IMG/VR virus record: IMGVR_UViG_2706796244_000001
Coordinates: 9,883 to 73,882 of that record
Source: a virus
Lineage: Duplodnaviria > Caudoviricetes
Direction: 5' to 3' (one strand)
Length of the DNA stretch: 64,000 bases
In this document: positions 52,420-62,295 of the stretch, in pieces
Layout of the letters: each line of letters begins with the position of its first letter
How positions within the stretch are numbered: the first letter of the stretch is position 1
The notes under the pieces: generated by a model
Told to the model about the DNA's origin: nothing
The model's input: the letters and a program-made list of their open reading frames with translations, nothing else
Databases searched by the model: none
Position numbers and translations under genes: made by a program

Positions 52420-53005
52420 TGCACTCTTCCAGCGGCACATGGCCGATTCGATTGGTCATCCAGCCGTAGGTGAAGTCGGTCATCTTCTCCAGGCTCATGT
52501 AGTGCATGGTCTGTTGGCCGTCGATCAGTTTGATCATGACCTGGCAGGCTGCCACCCGGCCACGCTTCTTCTCTAGTCCAACATAGCTCGCTATTGTGCC
52601 AGGTCCGATGTTGCCGTCCACGACTACCTTCGGGAAATCCTTGCCGTCCCGGCTCACGGCATTCAGCCCACGCTGGAACCAGAGGGACATTTGCCGTGTG
52701 CCTACGTTTACGCCACCGTCGATCACCCGTTTGCCCAGCGCAGGACTGCGGGCCACGATCTCGGTGAAGCCCGGCTTGTGCACGTAGCTCTCGGCGTAGA
52801 TATCCAGGGCAGTCTCCACCGGCAGGTCTCGCATGTCGCCGGTGTAGTCGTGGGCCCGAGCCACCTTCTCGGTGATGCCGTGATTGGTGGCACCGCCAGG
52901 ATCTTTCGGGTTGTTGGAGTAGCCCTGCTCCAGAGCCACCGTGCCTCCAAGGATGGAGGCGATGATGGCGGCAATGCCGCCTGCTTTCTTGGGAGTCATC
53001 GCCAT
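52400..53005 (-). CDS. SAR endolysin, GH108-type muramidase with PG-binding domain (N4 gp61-like)
   Basis: Gly/Ala-rich N-terminal anchor, then LEQGYSNNPKDPGGATNHGIT, D..VN.G and DG.IGP.T. GAGGT RBS. Confidence 0.9.
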   Translation of the reverse strand: MAMTPKKAGGIAAIIASILGGTVALEQGYSNNPKDPGGATNHGITEKVARAHDYTGDMRDLPVETALDIYAESYVHKPGFTEIVARSPALGKRVIDGGVNVGTRQMSLWFQRGLNAVSRDGKDFPKVVVDGNIGPGTIASYVGLEKKRGRVAACQVMIKLIDGQQTMHYMSLEKMTDFTYGWMTNRIGHVPLEECNEKPPV

Positions 53006-53012
53006 GGCTACC

Positions 53013-53339
53013 TCACTTACTGAACCAGCCGAAGATGGTGTCCTTGAAGAATACGGCGACGGAGAGCACGGCCACCACGCCAGACCAGATATAAGTGCCG
53101 GCCCGGCCAGCACCCACAATCTTGTGCTTGACCTCGATGTAGTCGTTGAGGGTAGGCTGTGCCTTGGCCAGGGCGGCATCCAGATTGTCCAGCCGACCTT
53201 CCATCTTCGTCACCGCGGTCTTCGTGTCACCTGCCGACTGCTGAATTTCACGGACCATGGTGAAAAGGGTCTTCATGTTCTCTTCGTAGCGGGCCTCCAG
53301 CACCGCCATCTGTCGAGCAATATCGGGATGATCACTCAT
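53013..53339 (-). CDS. Putative holin (coiled coil plus C-terminal TM helix; N4 gp63 position)
   Basis: IWSGVVAVLSVAVFF TM segment. First gene of the lysis cassette. Confidence 0.6.
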   Translation of the reverse strand: MSDHPDIARQMAVLEARYEENMKTLFTMVREIQQSAGDTKTAVTKMEGRLDNLDAALAKAQPTLNDYIEVKHKIVGAGRAGTYIWSGVVAVLSVAVFFKDTIFGWFSK

Positions 53340-53353
53340 TACGAGCTCCTATG

Positions 53354-53374
53354 AAAAAGGGGCCAATGGCCCCT
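53354..53374 (-). terminator. Rho-independent terminator
   Basis: - strand AGGGGCC-ATT-GGCCCCT followed by TTTT. Confidence 0.8.
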
Positions 53375-53384
53375 GGGTTGAGGT

Positions 53385-54635
53385 TTAGCAGCCGCAGTCT
53401 CGCAGACGCTGCATGACGATATTATCCCGCATCACCTGCGTATAGCTCCAAAGGTACTTGTACGGGATCTGCGCTTCAATGGCCAAGCCCAGAGCCTGGT
53501 CACAAGTTCGCCAGATATAAGCATCCTCGGCCTTGAGCACAAAGCCGATGAAGTAATGGACCTCGCTCAGCGGGTAGTTCAGCAGATTGGTGGCTGCATC
53601 GAACGTCTTGGGCACCAGCTCGATATCCCCGGCAATGATCCAGTCGTAGTCCTCAATCTGCACGAAGTCGTAGTTGGGGTAGCTCCACTCGGCAATGGGG
53701 AAGTTCAGCCGGTAGGTCAGCTCCGACGCCGGGCTCATGATCTGCGGGGTAAAGAACAGCAGCGTGGCCTTGGAACCAGGGATGAGAGACTTCACCCGGT
53801 CACGGATGTAGTTGGTGCTGTCCCCCAGCTTCTTTCGCAGCCAGTCCACATACGGCCACTGGTTGCTGGCCACCGGGTCGAAGATGCTTTTGATGTAGGG
53901 AGTCGGCACCTGGTTGCCGGTCTCGGCCTCGTACAGGACCATCGTCGCAGGATCGTACAGGCAGGGTGCATTCTTCCCTTCCCCGGTCGAGTAGCTGCCG
54001 TCCCACCACCATGGTTCGCCGATCTGGAACAGCGGCTCCATGCCCAGGGCTACAGCCTCACGCAGGATCTGGGCCTGCACCGCAGAGATGTAGTTCAGGG
54101 CGTCGAAGTTGGTCGGCTGAATGAATGCCGATGGCGGATACCAGCCGGACAGGCCCGGGTTGCCCAGGAAGTTGCGCTGCTTCCAGGCTTCAGGATGGAA
54201 GAAGTCCAGGATCTCGTAGGCCACCGAGTTGACGAACTTGAACTCCCGTTCATGCAGCAGCTTCAGGAACCGACGGTAGTAGTCCATCGTGGCCACGTTC
54301 ACCGGCTCGGTCTCGAAGTCCGCCTCCGGGTAGAGCTCACCCATGAACCAGTAGTCATCCGGGTTCGGCTTCAGTGTCGGCGGGTTCGGATACACGTTGC
54401 CCAGGGCAGCTGCCAGGCTGGCCCCCAGATCCTTGCCGATCTTGTTGGCCGTGGCCGCCGTGTAGTGAATCTGGCCCAGGCCAGGCTCGAACGTGTATTC
54501 GTCGGGGCCGTACTGCGTGGTCTGCGCACCGACGATCACATCGCTCATCTCGGCAGCCAGCTCAGCCTGAAGTTGGCGGATGCCAGCCTTCTGGGCATTG
54601 AAGTCTGGTTCCGGGATTACGGAAATCACACTCAT
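53385..54635 (-). CDS. Tail sheath-associated protein (N4 gp64-like; C-terminal half of a TIM-barrel module)
   Basis: WKQR...[18 protein letters not shown] and D..QIEDYDWI motifs. 416 aa. Confidence 0.82.
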   Translation of the reverse strand: MSVISVIPEPDFNAQKAGIRQLQAELAAEMSDVIVGAQTTQYGPDEYTFEPGLGQIHYTAATANKIGKDLGASLAAALGNVYPNPPTLKPNPDDYWFMGELYPEADFETEPVNVATMDYYRRFLKLLHEREFKFVNSVAYEILDFFHPEAWKQRNFLGNPGLSGWYPPSAFIQPTNFDALNYISAVQAQILREAVALGMEPLFQIGEPWWWDGSYSTGEGKNAPCLYDPATMVLYEAETGNQVPTPYIKSIFDPVASNQWPYVDWLRKKLGDSTNYIRDRVKSLIPGSKATLLFFTPQIMSPASELTYRLNFPIAEWSYPNYDFVQIEDYDWIIAGDIELVPKTFDAATNLLNYPLSEVHYFIGFVLKAEDAYIWRTCDQALGLAIEAQIPYKYLWSYTQVMRDNIVMQRLRDCGC

Positions 54636-54670
54636 GGTTTTTGTCCAGCCCCTTGCGGGGCTGGGTTCCT

Positions 54671-57600
54671 TTACACGTTGGCCCAGGAAATGGGCATGAG
54701 GAAGGTTGCTTGCGGGGATGCCGCTCCGTCTGCACGGAAGGCCACCACACGCCAGCTTGCCATCACCGGCTTTGGATCACCGTTATAGGCTGCCTCGTTC
54801 TCTTCCTTGGACATGAAGGCCCGGGGCTCCGTCACGATGACCGTCTTCAGCAGACCTCCTGCCGGGTAGTGCTGGATCTCCACTTCCCAGCGGATGCCGT
54901 CGCTCTTCGCCCAGCTGTACGTGACGTTGCCCACCGAATCGCCCATGGCGTAGGGATTGTAGGGCTCCGTCGCCGTGCTGGTCTGGCCGTTGTACTCGGC
55001 TGCCGGCCCAGATTGCTGGGTAGCAGGGTCGTACTCCATCACCTCGAAGATGACGTTGCTGACGCCGAAGCCGTACTTGGCGGTCTGCTCCTGCAGCGTG
55101 AAGTCCACCTGGGGCTGGCTCAGGATCTTCTCCCAAATCAGGCTGCGGTCGATCACCGACAGGTTGCGCACCCGGTACTGGTAGGTCAGCGAACTGGTCG
55201 AGTCCCAGCGGAAGCGGATATCGCTGAAACCGGGGTTGCCCAGCGACACGGCCTCCAGGCCGGTAGGCGTAGCGAACTGCGCAGTCTCCCGCACGGCTTC
55301 ACCACTGAAGGTGGTGTACGGGCCGCTGAGCCAGGTGGAAGGATCGAACTCGCACACCTGGAACTGCACCCAGCTCGCCTCGTTGCCATAGTAGGCCACC
55401 TGCTCCTGACGGGTCCAGATGTACTCGCCGGTGTTGGTCTGGTCTGCCTTGATGGTGGCCAGGTTGCCGCTGCGCACGTCCAGGTTGTAGAAGTAGAAGT
55501 TCGTCCAGCCGTGGCTCGACTCCCAGGTGAAGTGAATATCGCCGTTGAACTTCTTCTCTGCCTTGAGGTTGCGGATCGGCAGCAGACCTTCACCCGAACC
55601 CACCTGCTGGTTGTAGATGGCAGCCGGGCCAGCCTCACCCTTGGCGTTGTCGTATTCGGCGATCATGCAGTACATGAGCATCGTGTCCGCGTTGTAGGCA
55701 TCCCGCTGCTGCTCCACCGTGAACAGCCACTCAGGGGAGCTCACCACATCCTGGCTGATAACGGCCCCGGTGTCCAGGCGCATGTTCGTCACCTGCCAAT
55801 GGGTAATGCCGGCTCGGGCAGTCCACGTCATGCGGATATCCATGTTCGCCAGCTTGCCGCCCTTCACATTGGCCGGAACCATCATCGTGGTCCAGGTCGG
55901 CGGATTCTCTGCCCGGTTGATGTTCAGGGCCATGGCCTCACCCATCTCCCGTGCAGCAGCATGGTAGGCGTCCAGAGAATAGTGCACCCAGCCGAGACCC
56001 ATGGTCATCTCGTTCAGGTAAGCCCGGTACGTGTTGGCGCCGGGGACGTAGCTGCCCATCTTGAAGCCATAGCCTTGCAGTGCCATGTGGGTCTGCTTGT
56101 TTCGCAGCAGCATGGCACCTTCAGCGTTCACATCCATCGGCGGGATCTCATTGCCCCAGAAGGAAGTAGTCGCACCTTGGAACCAGATCTCCAGATTTGG
56201 ATTCCCCCAGTTGGCTCGCATCCACGCCAGCATGGCCAGGTTGGAGGATTCCCACGCAGCCAGGATCGCAGGACGATCAGCCTCGGGAGCATAGGCAATA
56301 CCCGTCGTCTCGCCAGGGCCGGACTCCACAAAGAAACTGGGCGCCATGCCCAGGGCACGAACATCAGGATCAATGAGCTGGAGGTTCGGGCCAGGCGAGT
56401 TGGTCGGGGCATCCCACCAGTAGTTGTCCAGGGGGAAGCCTTCCTGATACGGCATGGGGTTGATCGGGCTGGAACCCACCACACACATGAAGGGCATGAC
56501 CTGCACATCACGTAGACCTGCCTTGGCAGCGAACTCCTTGCGGAAGGTCGATGCGGCGATCACGTCCTTGCGCCCAGGGCGGCCAGTTCCCCCATGGTTC
56601 AGCGGATCGGAGAGGTCATTGAAGTAGCCGCCGATCAGCGAGTTGATACCCATGAGGCAGAGCTTCTTCACGATGGCCGGGTTATCGATGGGCACCTCAC
56701 CGTTGAAGTCCTTGGACCGGATGGATGCGTTGTCGGCACGCACCACACGCCAGCGCAGGAAGCCCCAGGGGAATTGATCACCGAACCGGGCCACTGCCAG
56801 AGGGACGTTGATCTCGTTGGGCCAATCGGCGTACATCCAGTCGCCATCCTGCTGGGTGCCTGGCACCGTGGTCTCCCAGATAATGTCCTGGTCCGTGTCG
56901 CCCATGACGATTACCCGGTAGCTGAATGCCGAGGGGTCAGCGTGGTAGCTCTTCCAGCGGAAGACCACATCACCCCAGGTATTGCGGCGAGCATCCAGGA
57001 AAGTAGGCTGGCCATACTGCACCGGCAGGTTCGGCTGATTCGGATCGGTCAGACCCCAGCCATGGCCCTGCTCTTGGATGATGATCTTCAGGTCCGCACC
57101 CCACAGGCTGCGCATGTGCTCGAACACCTTCTTGGTCGCTGCCTTCGTCCGAACCAGAGAGGGAACAGGGACACGGTTGCCGGGGAAAGCAATGGCAGCC
57201 GCATCCTGATTGCCCTGGCACCAGACCACAGCCTTGGGCACCAGATCCCCACATTCCTTGATGGCGTTGAGCAGAGCTGGTCCAGGCTTGTCCGCCTCCA
57301 GATCCCACCACCACAGGCCGCCCCGAGCCAGCCATTGATTGGGATCCCAGACTTCGGAGTTCGGGTTGACCGAGCACATGCGGTCGGCAGCCGTCGAGCC
57401 CACTGCACCGTTGATCGGGTTGATGCCGCCGTAGCGGATGCCCAGCTCAGTGGTCAGCTTCTGCTGGAAACCATCCACACCCCGGTTGGGGAACTGGCCG
57501 ATGTTGAAGTGCACCGCGGCATTCGACTCGCCGCAGAACAGCACGTCGTAGTGCAGCACCCGGGCGTTGTCGATTTTTTCGCCCGTCACCTTGTCGAGGT

Positions 57601-58837
57601 AGGCAGTCCGGGCCTTGAAGTAGTGGGACATGCCGATGTACTTGGTCCAGTTCTCCCGGTAGCCCAGGTCGTAGACCATCTCCACCGCACGCTCAGGGGT
57701 GAGGTTGTACATGTCATCGAAGCCAGAGGTCATGCCCAGACCATGGGGGGTCTGCACATACCGGCGCTTACCGATAGTCTTGTGCCCCGTGCCCGACAGC
57801 TTCATGTCGCAGAAGTAGAGCTTCGTGGTCTTCACGCCGTAGGGAGTGGCGTTCTGGAGATACCGGCCATAGAAGGCATCGGCACCGACAAACGGGCCGG
57901 GCATCTGGCCTTCGCAGATCACGGAGAACGCACCCGTGCCGAAGCCGGAATAGCTCACCACCTTGAACTCGTCCTCACGAGCCACCTGGTAGCCATCTGC
58001 ATGCCAGTAGCGGTAGATCACCTGAAGCACGTCACCCGGCGTCAGCTGGGCATTCGTATTCACCGCGCCCACTTCAATGCGGATACGGTTTCCCGGCTGG
58101 TTCTCCATGGCGTGGCAGGTGGCGTACTTGCCCAAGCCGTGGGCATCCGTCACGCAGTCGAAGCTGATCATGCGGATATCCCGGGCCGACAGGATCTCAC
58201 CCTTGAACGTTGCACCCAGCTGGAGATTGTTGAAGTCCAGGATGAAGATGTAGTCCTTGCGGCCCCAGGCCTCCACGATCTCATCCTCGGGGATGAGGTC
58301 CACTGGATCGCCAATCACCTGCGGAGGGTAGGTCCGGTTCGTGCCGTACTTCTTGTCCAGGCATTCCCACAGGCCAGAGGTCGGGTTGAACGCATACGGC
58401 GCCAGCCGGTAGGTGGCAGGCTTGTCACGGCCAGGTACATCCAGCGTCACCGTGAACTTCTCGGGATCCTCGGGGTTGTGGCGAAAGGCCAGCACGCAGC
58501 CACGGTAGTCCACGTTCGTGGCGTACTTGAACAGGGTATGGCTCAGGTTGTCCTCGCTCATCCAGCGCACGCCGAGGAAGTCGGCATTGGTGCGCCATTC
58601 GGCGGGCACGTAAAAGCTGTGGTCGCTGATCGGAATGATCGTGGCCACCATCAGGGCGTTGTAGTCCACCACCCAATACTTCGGGTCGAAGCGGGGAATG
58701 GTCTCGTTGAACGGACGGTTGTAGACCTTGGCCAGTTCAATGTGCTCGCGCTTGTCCACTGCCGGTCGATCCCACACACGGGAGGATCGAGTCGGCATGG
58801 TGTAGCGCTGCTTGTAGTTAAGCAGTTTGGCGCTCAT
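54671..58837 (-). CDS. Non-contractile tail sheath / receptor-binding protein (N4 gp65-like), 1388 aa
   Basis: N-terminal RFDP.YW.VD...W.SED..H..F.Y.T..DY module, MTSGFDD.YNLTPER...MSHY, SGNH-like GESN/WCQG, and C-terminal FN3-like repeats. Confidence 0.85.
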   Translation of the reverse strand: MSAKLLNYKQRYTMPTRSSRVWDRPAVDKREHIELAKVYNRPFNETIPRFDPKYWVVDYNALMVATIIPISDHSFYVPAEWRTNADFLGVRWMSEDNLSHTLFKYATNVDYRGCVLAFRHNPEDPEKFTVTLDVPGRDKPATYRLAPYAFNPTSGLWECLDKKYGTNRTYPPQVIGDPVDLIPEDEIVEAWGRKDYIFILDFNNLQLGATFKGEILSARDIRMISFDCVTDAHGLGKYATCHAMENQPGNRIRIEVGAVNTNAQLTPGDVLQVIYRYWHADGYQVAREDEFKVVSYSGFGTGAFSVICEGQMPGPFVGADAFYGRYLQNATPYGVKTTKLYFCDMKLSGTGHKTIGKRRYVQTPHGLGMTSGFDDMYNLTPERAVEMVYDLGYRENWTKYIGMSHYFKARTAYLDKVTGEKIDNARVLHYDVLFCGESNAAVHFNIGQFPNRGVDGFQQKLTTELGIRYGGINPINGAVGSTAADRMCSVNPNSEVWDPNQWLARGGLWWWDLEADKPGPALLNAIKECGDLVPKAVVWCQGNQDAAAIAFPGNRVPVPSLVRTKAATKKVFEHMRSLWGADLKIIIQEQGHGWGLTDPNQPNLPVQYGQPTFLDARRNTWGDVVFRWKSYHADPSAFSYRVIVMGDTDQDIIWETTVPGTQQDGDWMYADWPNEINVPLAVARFGDQFPWGFLRWRVVRADNASIRSKDFNGEVPIDNPAIVKKLCLMGINSLIGGYFNDLSDPLNHGGTGRPGRKDVIAASTFRKEFAAKAGLRDVQVMPFMCVVGSSPINPMPYQEGFPLDNYWWDAPTNSPGPNLQLIDPDVRALGMAPSFFVESGPGETTGIAYAPEADRPAILAAWESSNLAMLAWMRANWGNPNLEIWFQGATTSFWGNEIPPMDVNAEGAMLLRNKQTHMALQGYGFKMGSYVPGANTYRAYLNEMTMGLGWVHYSLDAYHAAAREMGEAMALNINRAENPPTWTTMMVPANVKGGKLANMDIRMTWTARAGITHWQVTNMRLDTGAVISQDVVSSPEWLFTVEQQRDAYNADTMLMYCMIAEYDNAKGEAGPAAIYNQQVGSGEGLLPIRNLKAEKKFNGDIHFTWESSHGWTNFYFYNLDVRSGNLATIKADQTNTGEYIWTRQEQVAYYGNEASWVQFQVCEFDPSTWLSGPYTTFSGEAVRETAQFATPTGLEAVSLGNPGFSDIRFRWDSTSSLTYQYRVRNLSVIDRSLIWEKILSQPQVDFTLQEQTAKYGFGVSNVIFEVMEYDPATQQSGPAAEYNGQTSTATEPYNPYAMGDSVGNVTYSWAKSDGIRWEVEIQHYPAGGLLKTVIVTEPRAFMSKEENEAAYNGDPKPVMASWRVVAFRADGAASPQATFLMPISWANV

Positions 58838-59240
58838 GGTTGATGTTCCAGAAAATGGGGGAGTTTTGCAGTTCGGTCGGGGCAGTGGACTTCAGCATCA
58901 GCTGGAGCTTGCCCCCGGTCAGAACCTGGGTCCAGTGGCCAGAGGTCTGGTCCCACAGCACCAGATTCTGGTCACGGACCTGCACCGTGTAACCCACCAC
59001 CGTGGTGGCTGGGATATCGGCTGGCAGATCCAGCTCGACAGTCATTCCCTTCAGCCAGGTAGAGCCCTTCACCAGCGTAGAGCTGATGGCACCTGGAACC
59101 AGACGGAGAAGAGCGTCCATGTTGTTGGCCACGTACTGCACCGTGGGGAATGCATCCCCCAGGCGCTTGTCCACCACAGGCGTGCCCGAAGGATCATCCG
59201 TGGTCATAGGCCGGTCAAACGTTGGTCGAAGAAAGCTCAT
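58818..59240 (-). CDS. Short appendage/fibre-anchor protein (N4 gp66-like N-terminus)
   Basis: VVDKRLG.AF..V..VA.N N-terminal anchor pattern. Position after gp67. Confidence 0.6.
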   Translation of the reverse strand: MSFLRPTFDRPMTTDDPSGTPVVDKRLGDAFPTVQYVANNMDALLRLVPGAISSTLVKGSTWLKGMTVELDLPADIPATTVVGYTVQVRDQNLVLWDQTSGHWTQVLTGGKLQLMLKSTAPTELQNSPIFWNINHERQTA

Positions 59241-59941
59241 ACCCAACCTCCCTTGTCAAAGCGGCCATTGGCCAGTGTCACCGTCTGCGCCAGCGTGTCA
59301 CGATTTTCAATCTCGCCGCACAGTTCCTCGTAGATGCCCTTGTGGGCCGCAGCCGCAGCCACCGACCCGTCGCTCATCATGCCGGTGTAGACGTGGTAGC
59401 CGATGAACGAGTAGAGCGCATCGTGCAGGGTGTCCGGCAGATCGATCACGTCACCCTCTTCATCGCAGGCCACCTTCGGATGCATCGCCTGGTAGGCCAC
59501 GGACAGCTGGACACCCACCTTGGGGAACGGCACCTGAAGGGTCTTGGCCTGGGGCGTGAACACCGAGGACCACTGAGTCTCGTCGTTGATGGGCAGCTCA
59601 CGACCCAGGTTGTTGAAGACGGCCATGATCTTGATCACGTCCTCTTCAAATTTCTCCCGGCCCAGGTCCAGGATGTAGGGGCGATTGCCCGAGCTCGGGT
59701 CATAGCTCTGCTCGGCAAACTCCTTGCGCAGGTGGTAGAAGGTAATGTCCTTCTGGAGCGCGATGATCACGTCCTTCTGCTTGAGCACGAAGCGCTTGTA
59801 CAGCCGAGCCAGGCCGGCGTTCAGCGCGAGCACCACCTGCGGACGAAACTCCGCATGGATCGTGCTGTTCGGCTGGTCGGCCATTGCCAGGTTGGCGAGC
59901 GCACCATGCGACAGAGCACAGTACAGGTCTTCCAGGGTCAT
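59237..59941 (-). CDS. Head-tail adaptor (N4 gp67-like)
   Basis: L..GAL.NL, N.GL..LYKRF.L, F.EDVIKI..V and F.KGGWV motifs. Confidence 0.85.
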   Translation of the reverse strand: MTLEDLYCALSHGALANLAMADQPNSTIHAEFRPQVVLALNAGLARLYKRFVLKQKDVIIALQKDITFYHLRKEFAEQSYDPSSGNRPYILDLGREKFEEDVIKIMAVFNNLGRELPINDETQWSSVFTPQAKTLQVPFPKVGVQLSVAYQAMHPKVACDEEGDVIDLPDTLHDALYSFIGYHVYTGMMSDGSVAAAAAHKGIYEELCGEIENRDTLAQTVTLANGRFDKGGWV

Positions 59942-59951
59942 GGGTTTCTCC

Positions 59952-61562
59952 TTATCCCAGGTACGAGTTGATGCGGGCCTCGCCTTGCTCTGCCTTCTGC
60001 TGGATCCAGAGCTCTACTTCCGTAGGCTTGGCAGGTGCGTAAGCGGCGGGCTTCCATGGATGGAGACTGCCCAGCATGCTGATGCCGTCGAGTGCATCGT
60101 CCTTGCCCTTGATCCCAGAGTGGGTCACGAGCGAGATCTGCTGCATGATGATGGCCATCATTTTGCCGGCACGGATTTCTTCCGGGAACCAGAACTTTCC
60201 CATCTTGAACAGCGGCACCACCAGGTTGAAGTTGCGCAGCTTGTCGCCGTCACGTCGGATACCCGGGGCGCCGCCATTGTTGGCCGAGGCCAGATGGAAG
60301 AAGCAGTTGGTGCGGATCATCCGTTCCTGAAGAACCGAGATGAAAGCTCCCTGCTGGCCGTTCACTTCAATGCCCACCTCTTGGAGGCCGGTGTTGTATT
60401 CCTGAACCAGACGGAAGAGATCATCCAGGGTCTGATCGAAGGACTGCTTCTCAACAACGCCATCGACCAGGAACCAGTCCCCGTTGGAATTGTAGGCCCA
60501 CACCAGAATCACGGTGAAGTCGGCAGTGGTCTTCTTGCTGGTGGCGAAGTCGGTGGTGATGTAGAAGTTGAAGGCGTGCTTGTTCTCCATCAGGTTCTGG
60601 CGCTTGTACCAGCGGATCTCCGCGTCCTGCACCACACGTTCTTCGTTGCTGGTGATCCGCAGCATGAACTCTCGGTTGAAGGCGTTCATCTTCCCGTTGG
60701 CCACCATGAACTCGTACTTCTCCAGCATGGCGTCATAGTCGAAGCGGTCAGGCCAGGCCCCGTCGAATTCCTCCCGGGTGCATGGCCACTTGGCGCACAT
60801 GGGCCAGACGTTCACGTCCCAGCCACCGGACTCGACCGCACCGATCATCACGTCTTCGGAGTTGAAGGGCGTACCATTGAACAGCACCATGAACTTGCTG
60901 GGGTGCAGCGCCGGGAACACGCCGTCATAGATCGTATCCTTGATGGTCTGCATGGCAGTCGGGCTCTTGGAGTCGTCGTCGCTGATCAAGTCGTCCAACA
61001 CCGCCAGCTGGGGACGCAGGCCGAAGATCTTCGTACCACGAATACCCGTCTTCGCACCGTACATCCGAATGCCCAGCTTGTGACCATCCCGGTTGGTGAA
61101 CTCCAGATAGGCATCGGTGAACTTCGCCTCGGGGATCCAGTATTGGAGGAAGGGGGAGTTGTTGTAGCGGGTCTCGATGTTTTTGCGTGCCGACTTCACA
61201 CCGTTCTCCATGGTGTCGGATACATAGATCATCCCGCTCACCTTGCCTAGGTTCGGCAGCACACCGAAGTGGGCCACGAACAGCGCCAGGTACTCAAACA
61301 TCAAGGTGGTCTTGGCAGCCCCCCGGAAGCAGAGGTTGGCGATGAACTTGGACACCCCGGCGCTGATCTTGTCCAGCATGGCCAGGTGAACAGGTGGGGT
61401 CAGATTGTTCTGGGTGGAGTTGCCCTCAACCAGCTTGATCCAGTTCATGAACGTCAGGCTGAATGCGGACGGCATGTACTCGGGGCCGTTGAGATAGGCA
61501 TAGTCCACATCATCCAGCCACTGGTCCAGGGTTTTCTTTACGAGCTTGCGAGGTTCAGACAT
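59952..61562 (-). CDS. terL: Terminase large subunit (N4 gp68-like)
   Basis: CFRGAAKTT, RPQLAVLDD, YITTDFA and KDDALD motifs. Confidence 0.95.
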   Translation of the reverse strand: MSEPRKLVKKTLDQWLDDVDYAYLNGPEYMPSAFSLTFMNWIKLVEGNSTQNNLTPPVHLAMLDKISAGVSKFIANLCFRGAAKTTLMFEYLALFVAHFGVLPNLGKVSGMIYVSDTMENGVKSARKNIETRYNNSPFLQYWIPEAKFTDAYLEFTNRDGHKLGIRMYGAKTGIRGTKIFGLRPQLAVLDDLISDDDSKSPTAMQTIKDTIYDGVFPALHPSKFMVLFNGTPFNSEDVMIGAVESGGWDVNVWPMCAKWPCTREEFDGAWPDRFDYDAMLEKYEFMVANGKMNAFNREFMLRITSNEERVVQDAEIRWYKRQNLMENKHAFNFYITTDFATSKKTTADFTVILVWAYNSNGDWFLVDGVVEKQSFDQTLDDLFRLVQEYNTGLQEVGIEVNGQQGAFISVLQERMIRTNCFFHLASANNGGAPGIRRDGDKLRNFNLVVPLFKMGKFWFPEEIRAGKMMAIIMQQISLVTHSGIKGKDDALDGISMLGSLHPWKPAAYAPAKPTEVELWIQQKAEQGEARINSYLG

Positions 61563-62241
61563 CGATCACCTCCCCTTGGTTCGCATGGCCCAGCTTCATC
61601 GCCGACAGATCCTTGGCCGTGGTGCCCAGTCGGATCATTTCCTGCTGCTGGAGAACCAGCTGCTCCAGTTGACCGGCCAGTGCCGCGGTGCCGTCGTTGT
61701 TCACCGTGATGCTGATGGCCGGCGCGGCATCCTTCGGCTTTTGCAGGTGGGTCAGGATGGAGTTGGCCGCCTGGGTGCGCACCAGCTCGGACTGGGCATT
61801 ACGCATCAGGTCCACCTGGGTCATGATGGCCTCCTGATAGTAGGGGGCGTTCAGCACCCACATCGGCACCAGGCTCTGCTCAGTGATCATCATCACCAGC
61901 TTGCCCTTGGCGTAGCCGGACGTGTACGCGCTCATGGTCTTGCTGTCCGTGCCCTTGGCAACCAGGTCAGCGTACTTCTCGGGGTTCACCATGGCATAGG
62001 CCTCGGTGTTGGTCTTGCCCAATCCCTTCAGCGTCACGAAGGTGACGGCCTTCAGGTAGTCATGCATCTTGAACTTCCCGGACTGCAGCACGCCGGCATA
62101 GGCCAGGAAGTTGTTGCGGATGCTGTCCGACATTTCATCGTCAGCCCCGATGTTATTCAGCAGGTGCAGCAGCTCAGGGGTAGCTGCCCGCTTGTGGGAT
62201 GCTGGCAATGCATCCACCAGATCGTTCATCGTCATGCTCAT
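61555..62241 (-). CDS. N4 gp69-like protein (putative terminase small subunit)
   Basis: GKFK..DYLKAV.FVT.K, Y.KGKLV..I.EQ.LVP and AA..IL.HL.KP motifs. Overlaps the terL start. Confidence 0.8.
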   Translation of the reverse strand: MSMTMNDLVDALPASHKRAATPELLHLLNNIGADDEMSDSIRNNFLAYAGVLQSGKFKMHDYLKAVTFVTLKGLGKTNTEAYAMVNPEKYADLVAKGTDSKTMSAYTSGYAKGKLVMMITEQSLVPMWVLNAPYYQEAIMTQVDLMRNAQSELVRTQAANSILTHLQKPKDAAPAISITVNNDGTAALAGQLEQLVLQQQEMIRLGTTAKDLSAMKLGHANQGEVIDV

Positions 62242-62262
62242 AGTGTCTTGTCCTAAATAAGT

Positions 62263-62280
62263 TGAGGCCCGAAGGCCTCA
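62263..62280 (-). terminator. UUCG hairpin / weak terminator
   Basis: - strand TGAGGCC-TTCG-GGCCTCA followed by ACTTATTT. Confidence 0.55.
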
Positions 62281-62295
62281 TTGTCTCATTGCAAA

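Noticed and set aside
52999-53005. Dual-start motif (Met-Ala-Met) in the endolysin
   Set aside because: Holin/antiholin dual starts need a charged residue between the Met codons and a holin context. There is no supporting structure here.
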